Source of the DNA: an uncultured bacterium | Lineage (GTDB): Bacteria; T1Sed10-126 | Assembly: GCA_964566495.1 (NCBI GenBank) | Contig: CAZMIT010000006.1 | Span: forward strand, 24,116-35,022 | Reading direction: 5' to 3' | DNA: 10,907 bases | Shown here: piece after piece, positions 1 through 6,896 of the stretch | Layout: each line of letters starts with the position of its first letter | How positions within the stretch are numbered: position 1 is the first letter of the stretch | The notes under the pieces: model-generated | The model's input: the letters and a program-made list of their open reading frames with translations, nothing else | Databases searched by the model: none | What the model was told of the DNA's origin: nothing | Program-made: the position numbers and the translations under genes

Positions 1-332
1 TCGCGCTCCAGCCCCCCTTCCCCGGCTTTTGACATTTCTTCGACCACAACTTGATAGTTCCCCCGGGGTTCATAGACATCCATCCGGCCCTCTACCACAA
101 CCTCCATACCCTCCCGCGGCTCAAATTCAAGCCGCCGGTTGGCGTAGGCAAACATTACTCCCCCCAGCCTCGCCTCACCGTCCGTTAACGAAAAATACAT
201 GTGACCCGAGGCCTCGTATTTTGTAAAATCAGCCAGTTCACCAACAACCTTTACACGACGAAAGTTTCCCCTGATTAATTTTTTGAGCTGAACTGTTATT
301 TCTGAAACGGTAAGAACTTCGCCGGCCGTCAT
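1..332 (-). CDS. xseA: Exodeoxyribonuclease VII large subunit, N-terminal OB-fold part (runs off the window edge; missing from ORF track)
   Basis: Manual translation from ATG at 332: MTAGEVLTVSEITVQLKKLIRGNFRRVKVVGELADFTKYEASGHMYFSLTDGEARLGGVMF...PREGMEVVVEGRMDVYEPRGNYQVVVEEMSKAGEGGL. SGHxYFSLxD and YEPRGxYQ are typical XseA motifs. The start overlaps the folD stop (ATGA, 329-332), and folD-xseA is a known gene order. Confidence 0.95.
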   Translation of the reverse strand, partial: MTAGEVLTVSEITVQLKKLIRGNFRRVKVVGELADFTKYEASGHMYFSLTDGEARLGGVMFAYANRRLEFEPREGMEVVVEGRMDVYEPRGNYQVVVEEMSKAGEGGLER

Positions 333-1171
333 AATTTACGCTGACAGGCCTCCACGGTGTTACTGAGAAGACAGGCCACCGTCATCGGCCCCACACCCCC
401 GGGCACTGGCGTGATCCAGCTTGCTTTCTTCTCGGCCTCTTCATAGTTTACGTCTCCAACCAGCTTACAATCGAGCCGGTTTATACCGGCATCAATCACT
501 ACCGCCCCTTCCTTGATTTCCTCGCTGCCGATTAACCCTGCCACTCCCGCTCCCGTCACCAGGATGTCCGCCTGCCGCGTCATTTCTGCCAGCTTTACCG
601 TCTCCTCGTGCAGACAGAGAACTGTGGCCTCCTCAGCCAGCAACATCTGACTGAGCGGTTTCCCCACCAACCGACCCATTCCCACAATTGCCGCCACTGC
701 TCCTCGAACCTCTACCCCTGTCTCCTCCAATAATTCCATTATTCCCTTCGGGGTCGGTGGATAAAATAATGGCTCACTACCACTTAAAAGATGTCCAAAA
801 TTAACCGGATGCAGGCCATCCACGTCTTTCTCCGGTTTTACTGCATTGATTAACTTCTGAGTCTCAAATTTTTCTGGCACCGGGAGCTGAACAATTATCC
901 CGTCAACTTCTTCATCCGCGTTGCAGGCCGCAATTTGACCGTAAACCTCTTCCGGGCTTGCCTCGGCCGAAAAAGAGTGCAGCGCCGTCTGAATACCTAT
1001 TTTATCCGCTTTTTTACGCTTATGATCGATATAACACCTGGATGAACTATTAGAACCAATATAGATTATATCCAGTCGGGGGGTTAAATTGTGGTGGGTT
1101 ATAATTTGTTGGATTTCTTTTAAACAACGATCAGACTGCTGACTTCCGTCTATTGGCCTGGCCTTAGACAT
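329..1171 (-). CDS. folD: Bifunctional methylene-THF dehydrogenase/cyclohydrolase
   Basis: Motifs YxxxK (YIDHK), VDGIIVQLP, KDVDG, VIDAGINR, LVGDV and ITPVPGGVGPMTVA. AAGGGG RBS upstream. Confidence 0.97.
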   Translation of the reverse strand: MSKARPIDGSQQSDRCLKEIQQIITHHNLTPRLDIIYIGSNSSSRCYIDHKRKKADKIGIQTALHSFSAEASPEEVYGQIAACNADEEVDGIIVQLPVPEKFETQKLINAVKPEKDVDGLHPVNFGHLLSGSEPLFYPPTPKGIMELLEETGVEVRGAVAAIVGMGRLVGKPLSQMLLAEEATVLCLHEETVKLAEMTRQADILVTGAGVAGLIGSEEIKEGAVVIDAGINRLDCKLVGDVNYEEAEKKASWITPVPGGVGPMTVACLLSNTVEACQRKL

Positions 1172-1188
1172 TATATCGCCCCTTATAA

Positions 1189-1455
1189 CTACTCGCGGGG
1201 CTTGACCGTAAAACGTATAGCCGTCCGCTCTTCGCCGTCAATCTCCACGTCCACAAAGGCCGGCACACAGATCAAGTCCAGGCCGTTAGAAGCTACGTAA
1301 CCACGAGCTATTGCTATTGCCTTGGTCGCCTGGTTCACCGCACCTGCACCTATGCTCTGCAGCTCTACTTCTCCGTCTTCCTGCACAAATCCGGCTATTG
1401 CTCCGGCCACTGATGTGGGACTTGAATTCGATGAAACGCGTAATAACGAGGACAA
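1189..1455 (-). CDS. spoVS: Stage V sporulation protein S family (Alba-like fold)
   Basis: LRVSSNSSPTSVAGAIAG, IGAGAVNQATKAIAIARG and PAFVDVEIDGEERTAIRF match SpoVS. TTG start with AAAGGGG RBS; follows ymdB as in Bacillus. Confidence 0.96.
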   Translation of the reverse strand: MSSLLRVSSNSSPTSVAGAIAGFVQEDGEVELQSIGAGAVNQATKAIAIARGYVASNGLDLICVPAFVDVEIDGEERTAIRFTVKPRE

Positions 1456-1509
1456 GGAATTTAGCCCCTTTCTATTGGTATATTTAAACTATCAAATTCT
1501 ACAAATTCG

Positions 1510-2298
1510 TCAATAACTGCGTTCTGGTAACTTCTCGTTCAACCGTTCAACCTTTACTGATGCACCGCTATCCTCGTCCACAGTGATAATCAATCCGTTC
1601 ACAATACGTGGGCCCTTCTTCTCTACTTTAAACCTTACTGGCCGTCCCGTCAACATTCTTTCCTGTGCCAGCTCAGTTCTCACACCAATGACTGATTTTT
1701 CAGGGCCCGTCATCCCCAGGTCCGTGATGTAAGCCGTCTGGCCTTTCAATATCTTTTCGTCCGCCGTCTGCACGTGGGTATGTGTCCCCACAACCGCCGT
1801 CACCCGCCCGGCCAGATAATTTGCCATTACCAGCTTCTCGCTGGTTGCTTCAGCGTGAAAATCAACCACGGCCAGATCGTATTCAACCTCTGCCAGCAGA
1901 CGATCAACCGTCTGAAATGGACAGTCTATGTTTTCCATAAACGTCCGCCCCTCAAGGTTCAGTACCAGCAGCTTCTGGCCATTCAAATGCACTACCCGGT
2001 GTCCCATACCGGGCGCATTACCTGGATAATTGGCCGGCCTTACAAGCGGCAGACTGTCCGGATTTTCCTGCAAATATTTAACAAATTTTTTCTTGGACCA
2101 TATATGGTTTCCTGACGTCAAAACGTCAATCCCGTAGTCAATCAACTGACGGGCAACTTTAACGGTTAAACCAACGCCTCCCGCCGCGTTCTCCGCGTTG
2201 GCTAGAACAAAGTCCCAATCGCCACCGACGTCAAGAAAATCACGCACGGCTGAACGACCCGGACTACTTATTATATCACCCAGACATAACCATTTCAT
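1510..2298 (-). CDS. ymdB: YmdB-family calcineurin-like metallophosphoesterase (2',3'-cyclic nucleotide phosphodiesterase)
   Basis: GD, NAENAAGG, TSGNH, RPANYP, VDFHAEATSEK, VGTHTHVQTAD and YITDLGMTGP are all intact. Start moved to ATG 2298 (MKWLCLGD), which follows a GAGGA RBS. Confidence 0.95.
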   Translation of the reverse strand: MKWLCLGDIISSPGRSAVRDFLDVGGDWDFVLANAENAAGGVGLTVKVARQLIDYGIDVLTSGNHIWSKKKFVKYLQENPDSLPLVRPANYPGNAPGMGHRVVHLNGQKLLVLNLEGRTFMENIDCPFQTVDRLLAEVEYDLAVVDFHAEATSEKLVMANYLAGRVTAVVGTHTHVQTADEKILKGQTAYITDLGMTGPEKSVIGVRTELAQERMLTGRPVRFKVEKKGPRIVNGLIITVDEDSGASVKVERLNEKLPERSY

Positions 2299-2430
2299 AA
2301 AAAACTTCCTCAACCAAATTCACTATTTTTTTCGCCGTTTTTGATCTTCCGATGTTATCAATTACCGCTCACGATTTATCGCCTCTCCGCAAGCCCAAGT
2401 TTTTTGCTCGCGGCGCCAGCAGCAACTTGG

Positions 2431-2555
2431 TAGTTGGTCAGTTGACTGGTTGGCTGGTTAGCCAGAAAAATCATACTGGTCAACTGAGTCGCACATCATT
2501 TTTTGATGGCTGCGCTAGCAGCTACTTTTCGAGACAACTCGAAAAGTGGAGGCGC
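2431..2555. repeat. Copy A of a dispersed composite element (8-mer array + conserved core + two hairpins)
   Basis: 2457-2486 matches 5893-5922 at 26/30 nt. It is preceded by a tRgttggc-like 8-mer array and followed by atcatttttt, hairpins at 2509-2522 and 2525-2546, and gtggaggcgc. Confidence 0.8.
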
Positions 2556-2594
2556 AGTAGATTGACAATCAAAAAAACAAACGCTCTTGAACTT

Positions 2595-2624
2595 AATCCG
2601 ATCAAATCCGTGCAATCCGTGGTC
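2595..2624. repeat. Short tandem repeat, 9-10-nt period (AATCCG core x3)
   Basis: AATCCG at 2595, 2605 and 2614. Confidence 0.7.
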
Positions 2625-2632
2625 CAAAAATT

Positions 2633-2667
2633 CAGCTAAAAGCTCAAAGCCAAAAGCTGAAAGCTAA
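2633..2667. repeat. Heptamer tandem repeat (aAGCTna x5)
   Basis: cagctaa aagctca aagccaa aagctga aagctaa, exact 7-nt period. Confidence 0.85.
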
Positions 2668-2704
2668 TTCAAATTCATTAAGTGTTCATAACCTTGTCCA
2701 TGTT

Positions 2705-2872
2705 CTTGAACTTGATTTTGCTCTTGACTTCCCGAACGTCATTGCGGACTTGACCCGCAATCCATCTTGAAGTTGAACTTGATTTTTGGTCTTGCGCCTT
2801 TTCGCCCCATCGCCCGCTCGCCTCTTCGCCCCCCCGGCCTCCGAGCCGGAATCCAGTGACTTTGATCTTGAT
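2705..2872. repeat. Two REP-like palindromes ending in AATCCA, flanked by YTTGAN hexamer arrays
   Basis: gtc-attgcgg-acttgac-ccgcaat-cca (7-bp stem, 2741-2761) and ccggc-ctccga-gccgg-aatcca (2834-2855). Hexamer runs at 2705-2728, 2766-2796 and 2861-2872. Confidence 0.7.
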
Positions 2873-2944
2873 TTACGCTCTTTCGCCGGTTCGCATGCTC
2901 CCAAGTTCGCCTGCTCGATGACTTACGCCCGCTCCCCTCTTCGA
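2795..2944. repeat. Degenerate 8-mer TCGC(C) tandem arrays
   Basis: CGCC at 2795, 2803, 2811, 2819 and 2827; CGC-like units at 2876, 2884, 2892, 2900, 2908 and 2916, then 2926, 2934 and 2942. Confidence 0.8.
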
Positions 2945-2951
2945 GAACTCC

Positions 2952-4511
2952 CTACTGCGCGTAATCCACAACGCGGTTCTCACGGAGCAGCGATATCTTA
3001 ATTTGATCGGGATAATCAACCTTCTCCGCTATCCGTTCAGCAATGTCCCGGGCCAGTATCTCCGCCTCCGTATCATCTACCACCCGCGCATCAACTATAA
3101 CCCGCATCTCACGTCCAGCCTGGATAGCAAACGATTCTTCAACACCATCAAATTCTTTCGCTGTATCTTCCAGCTTCTGCAGCCGGTTTATGAAGTTACC
3201 AAACTTCTCTTTACGCGCCCCGGGACGCTCAATCGACAGCTTGTTCGCCACATACAGTATAATTCCCTCTACAGTCTTGAAGGGCCGTTCCTCATTATGG
3301 GCAGCAATCGCGTAGATCACCGGTTTCGGCTCGCCGTGTTTCTTGGCCAGATCAGCGCCGGCTATCGCATAGGATTTGTTAGAATTCTCCCGGTCAGTCT
3401 TGCCAATCGCATGCAAAATACCAACCCGGCGGGCCATCTGCCTGTCCGCCCCTACTTCAGCAGCAAGCAGCCCGGCCAGATGAGCTACCTGTATCGAGTG
3501 GTCAAGCTGATTCTGCCCACCCTCAACAATATAATCCAGCTCACCTATTCTCTGCACCAGCTCGTCGGCGACACCCGGCACACCAACTTCACCCAGTGCC
3601 TGTTCACCTTTCTCCCAAACCTTCTCATCAAGTTCTTTCTTCGTCTTCTCATACAACTTCTCCACCCGGGCAGGCTGTATTCGTCCGTCCAGGATCAACT
3701 TCTCCAGCGTCTGACTGGCCAGTTCCCGTCGTATCGGATCAAAACAGGATATCGTTACCGCTTCCGGCGTATCGTCCACAATCAGATCAACACCGGTAAC
3801 CTTCTCAAAGGCACGTATATTTCGACCGTCTCGACCGATAATACGGCCCTTCATATCGTCCGAAGGCAGCTCCACAACCTTCACCGTCGCCTCGGTCGTC
3901 TCCTCCACTGCACACCTCTGCAGAGCTCTTGCAATCACACGGCGGGCCTGTTGCTCCGCTTTGCTCTCGGCTTCCGATTTTATCTTCTTGATCTGCTGGG
4001 CCGCCTCACGCTTTGCTTCGTCAAGCAGCGAATTCCGCAACCGTTTCTCGGCCTCCTCAGCGGTAAGTCCAGAAATACGTTCCAGCTCTCTGTCCGCTTC
4101 CTTTAGTCGCTGCTGAACCGCTTCCTTCCTCTCCTCAAGCTCGTTCCGTTTGGCCTTTAATTCATTGGTCTCCTCGTAAACCTGCTCCAACTTTTCTTCC
4201 AGCTCGGACTCACGTTTTTCAAGCCTGCTCTGCCTCTTCTCTAACTTCCGCTTCTCCTCCCCCAGCTCCTCTTCTATCTCCTGCTTCCTCTCTTCAACTT
4301 CTTCCTGCCCTTCCCATATAGCTTCCTGCTTTAAATTCTCTGCCTCGCGGCGCGCTTCATCCACAATCCGGTCCGCTTCTTCTTCGGCTTTTGCATGAAT
4401 TTTTTGTTCAAGGTATATCCGGGCTAAAAATCCCATTATGAAGGCTATTACAACTAAAGCTACAGCAGGCAGGAGAATATTCAATCCGGCGGGCGTCATC
4501 AGTAATTCCAC
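2952..4511 (-). CDS. rny: Ribonuclease Y homologue with degenerate HD domain
   Basis: N-terminal TM helix, long E/K/R-rich coiled coil, KH domain (MKGRIIGRDGRNIRAFE...DLIVDDTP), RPGAR and AIQAGREMRV motifs. Likely start is GTG 4511, 9 nt after GGAGGT. The HD motif reads LHAIGK. Confidence 0.95.
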   Translation of the reverse strand: MELLMTPAGLNILLPAVALVVIAFIMGFLARIYLEQKIHAKAEEEADRIVDEARREAENLKQEAIWEGQEEVEERKQEIEEELGEEKRKLEKRQSRLEKRESELEEKLEQVYEETNELKAKRNELEERKEAVQQRLKEADRELERISGLTAEEAEKRLRNSLLDEAKREAAQQIKKIKSEAESKAEQQARRVIARALQRCAVEETTEATVKVVELPSDDMKGRIIGRDGRNIRAFEKVTGVDLIVDDTPEAVTISCFDPIRRELASQTLEKLILDGRIQPARVEKLYEKTKKELDEKVWEKGEQALGEVGVPGVADELVQRIGELDYIVEGGQNQLDHSIQVAHLAGLLAAEVGADRQMARRVGILHAIGKTDRENSNKSYAIAGADLAKKHGEPKPVIYAIAAHNEERPFKTVEGIILYVANKLSIERPGARKEKFGNFINRLQKLEDTAKEFDGVEESFAIQAGREMRVIVDARVVDDTEAEILARDIAERIAEKVDYPDQIKISLLRENRVVDYAQ

Positions 4512-4532
4512 TAAACCGGCACCTCCCGGGCC

Positions 4533-4703
4533 GATCAAGCGAAACGAGGTCTCCGGTCAGGTAATCCTAAGTAGAAATAGAGGGACACTTCTCCCCTGAA
4601 CTTTATCTAATCCTCTAACCCGTTCACTACGGGGGGCTTGATTGTTATTTTCCACTTTTTGGGTTAATTTCATTTTTACCAGTAACCTGTTTCGCAATTG
4701 ATC
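4533..4703 (-). ncRNA. Rod-shaped structured RNA upstream of rny (candidate 6S RNA or long structured 5' leader)
   Basis: Three nested pairings found by eye: 4678-4703 with 4533-4557, 4646-4657 with 4569-4579, and 4622-4634 with 4593-4601. Several mismatches are G-U pairs only on the minus strand. A promoter lies just upstream. Confidence 0.5.
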
Positions 4704-4733
4704 ATTGAGTTTGAGTTGATTTCTTCAAAAAAT

Positions 4734-4762
4734 AGCTTACTATCTTATTGTGGGACTGTCAA
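4734..4762 (-). promoter_or_regulatory. Sigma70/SigA-type promoter directed towards rny
   Basis: Minus strand TTGACA (4762-4757), 17-nt spacer, TAAGCT (4739-4734). Predicted start near 4727. Confidence 0.6.
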
Positions 4763-4809
4763 CGGTATCACAATCAACCACTAATTTAATTTCCGCGAGG
4801 AGGAAAATT

Positions 4810-5340
4810 ATGAAAAAATACCTGATCAACGCCTTCGGACGCGACCGGCCAGGACTGGTCGCAGCTATTACCCGCTGCCTCTATGAAAATCAAGCCAATC
4901 TCGGCGACCTGCAAATGACTCGCCTGGGTGGCGTATTTGCGCTACTGCTCGAGTTCTACCTCCCCCCGGAAAACGAAGCCGGGGTTAGCTCTGCACTGGA
5001 GGCGGTCGGCGAGCACCAATCGCTGGAAATAAACCTTGTCCCTGCCGCACCATACCAGAGCGATCGCGGCAAGGAAAAACCAAATCACATTATCACCCTT
5101 TATGGCGCCGACAAACCGGGCATCGTTTATGAACTAACCAGGACTCTTGGGCAGCTTGACGTTAATATCGTTAACCTTGAGACCCGGCTGGCCGAAGAGG
5201 AAGAACTTTACCTGATGGTCCTCGAAGTCCATCGGCCGGATGAACTTTCCCCGGAAAAAATGACCGAGCAACTGAAAAAAACTGCTGGGCAAATCGACAC
5301 CCACTTGGAAATCCGTCCCTTCGACCCACCGGAGCTTTAA
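4810..5340 (+). CDS. Tandem ACT-domain protein (GcvR / glycine cleavage regulator-like)
   Basis: Two ACT signatures, AFGRDRPGLVAAIT and LYGADKPGIVYELT. ATG 4810 follows a GAGGAGGA RBS and is preferred over the track start at 4750. Confidence 0.88.
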   Translation: MKKYLINAFGRDRPGLVAAITRCLYENQANLGDLQMTRLGGVFALLLEFYLPPENEAGVSSALEAVGEHQSLEINLVPAAPYQSDRGKEKPNHIITLYGADKPGIVYELTRTLGQLDVNIVNLETRLAEEEELYLMVLEVHRPDELSPEKMTEQLKKTAGQIDTHLEIRPFDPPEL

Positions 5341-5347
5341 CTCAACC

Positions 5348-5842
5348 ATGGCTGTTCGCGAGATTATTACGTTACCCGACCCGATTCTCAAACAACCCGC
5401 CGAACCGGTCGAGGAGATCACACCAAAGATAAAACAGCTTTTTACCAACCTCAGCGATACTACCGATGCTTCACCCGGTTTTGCCCTCGCCGCCCCACAA
5501 ATCGGCGTCCTCAAGCGTGTTATCTGCGTTGACGTCGACCAGGCCAAGCGTGACTCGCCGACCAATCATGGCAAAGTTATCCTATACAACCCTCAGGTAG
5601 AAGAAGGTAAAGACCCCGTAATCAACCGGGAAGGCTGTCTCAGCATTCCATCTTATACCGGCGATGTGCGCCGTTTTCAGGAAATTGAGGTCAGCGGCTA
5701 TAACCTGGAAGGTGAGAAACTAACCCTTAACTCGCAAGGCTGGGAAGCGGTCGCCTTCCAACACGAAATTGACCACCTGGACGGTATCCTCTTCCTCGAT
5801 CGCATCACCTCCATCGAGGACGACCTCTTCCACCGCAAATAA
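5348..5842 (+). CDS. def: Peptide deformylase family protein
   Basis: Motif 1 variant GFALAAPQIG, motif 2 EGCLS, motif 3 QHEIDHLDG. Starts 7 nt after the ACT gene stop. Confidence 0.93.
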   Translation: MAVREIITLPDPILKQPAEPVEEITPKIKQLFTNLSDTTDASPGFALAAPQIGVLKRVICVDVDQAKRDSPTNHGKVILYNPQVEEGKDPVINREGCLSIPSYTGDVRRFQEIEVSGYNLEGEKLTLNSQGWEAVAFQHEIDHLDGILFLDRITSIEDDLFHRK

Positions 5843-5850
5843 CTCTAATA

Positions 5851-5995
5851 TAGTTGGCCGGTTTGTTAGTTGGCTGGTTGGCTGGTTCGCTAGTTAGCTA
5901 GGAATATCATACTGGTCCACTGGATTTTTATCATTTTTTTTGTGCTGTCTTAACAGCACCCTGGCGAAGCATTTCACCAGGCACCGGTGGGGCGC
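5851..5995. repeat. Copy B of the dispersed composite element
   Basis: 8-mer array at 5851-5900, core 5893-5922 (26/30 identical to 2457-2486), atcatttttt, hairpins at 5942-5959 and 5960-5981, then gtggggcgc. Confidence 0.8.
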
Positions 5996-6027
5996 TTTTA
6001 AATTCACTCCCTGCACCCGGCGCCCAG

Positions 6028-6120
6028 CGCTCCTCGCCTCTCGCACTTAAGTCATGCGGTTTTTCGCTTCTCGCCCTGTCGCTCATTCGCTCCTCGCACT
6101 TTCGCTTCTCGCACTGGCGC
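6028..6120. repeat. Degenerate 7-8-mer TCGC tandem array
   Basis: CGC at 6028, 6035 and 6042, then 6065, 6072, 6080, 6088, 6095, 6103, 6110 and 6118. Confidence 0.8.
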
Positions 6121-6121
6121 C

Positions 6122-6826
6122 CTACCTCCCCGGTATCCGACCAAAACCAACCGTCCTTTCCTCGTAATACTCCCGGTCCCGGGAAACAACAATCACCCCA
6201 TAACTTCGACTGGCATGCACAAATTCACTCTCCCCCAGGTAGACACCAATATGGTCCGCTTCCTCCACCCGGTTAAACTGAAAAAATATCAGATCACCCG
6301 GCTCTAACTCCTCCGCCTCGATCTCTTCAGACCACTCGTCCAGTTCAACCACCGTGCGCGGCATCTCCGGCTCATCAAACACCCAGTTCACCAGACCGCT
6401 GCAGTCAAATCCTTCTTCCGGCCCCTCGCCGCCCCAGCGATAGGGCACACCGCGCACACCGTTAATCCGCGATCGCAACTCCTCCTCCGTCAACGGCTTC
6501 CCGGCTCGACGCTCAGGCTCCTCTACCTCCCGCACCTCAATCTCTTCCACCACTTCAAAATAACCTATCTCCTCTTCACGCAACAGCTCCTTAACTTCCC
6601 GCAGTTCTTCCGATTCAAGCACCGCTGTCCGCACTCCCGTCGTTCCACCGGGCCGCTCCTCAAGCTCCACCTCAACCCCCAGCTCTTCCATCTCTATTCG
6701 TCGCGCCTGCACATTATCTTCCTCCCGAAAAGCCCCCACCTGCAGCCGCATACCACCATACAACTCCCCACCACTTAAAAATATAACAATAAAAATAATA
6801 CCAGCCGTCACCATTGAGCGCTTCAT
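6122..6826 (-). CDS. Secreted NlpC/P60 (C40) cell-wall peptidase with N-terminal SPOR-like domain
   Basis: Signal-peptide-like MKRSMVTAGIIFIVIFLSGG, SPOR-like LQVGAF, PYRWGG, GFDCSGL (catalytic Cys), PGDLIFF, HIGVY and FVHAS. ATG 6826 follows a GGAGGG RBS. Confidence 0.9.
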   Translation of the reverse strand: MKRSMVTAGIIFIVIFLSGGELYGGMRLQVGAFREEDNVQARRIEMEELGVEVELEERPGGTTGVRTAVLESEELREVKELLREEEIGYFEVVEEIEVREVEEPERRAGKPLTEEELRSRINGVRGVPYRWGGEGPEEGFDCSGLVNWVFDEPEMPRTVVELDEWSEEIEAEELEPGDLIFFQFNRVEEADHIGVYLGESEFVHASRSYGVIVVSRDREYYEERTVGFGRIPGR

Positions 6827-6896
6827 CAGATATATCCCTCCACTCTCTAAAATCGACATCTCCCCCACCAACCTAAACCAACTTCCAACACCAGTT

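Noticed and set aside
29..226. 65-aa Pro-rich plus-strand ORF
   Set aside because: Antisense to the clearly recognisable xseA frame.
2431..2944. Possible CRISPR array
   Set aside because: Repeat units are 6-10 nt and tandem, with no 23-47-nt repeats separated by unique spacers and no cas genes.
2352..3001. ORFs 2352-2639, 2686-2904 and 2786-3001
   Set aside because: They translate the repeat mosaic into low-complexity sequence and show no recognisable domain or convincing RBS.
3003..4106. 367-aa plus-strand ORF
   Set aside because: Lies entirely antisense to rny with no recognisable motifs; best explained as a shadow ORF.
2952..4511. rny as a pseudogene
   Set aside because: Full-length open frame, good RBS and promoter, and conserved non-catalytic motifs; the striking changes cluster in the HD active site.
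4716..4743. Possible plus-strand promoter TTGATT-16-TACTAT for ACT-def
   Set aside because: Both hexamers are partial matches in AT-rich DNA; too weak to call.
5930..5981. Hairpins after def (and at 2509-2546) as intrinsic terminators
   Set aside because: The T-run precedes the hairpin on the plus strand, so it is an A-run after it on the minus strand; neither strand has hairpin followed by U-tract.
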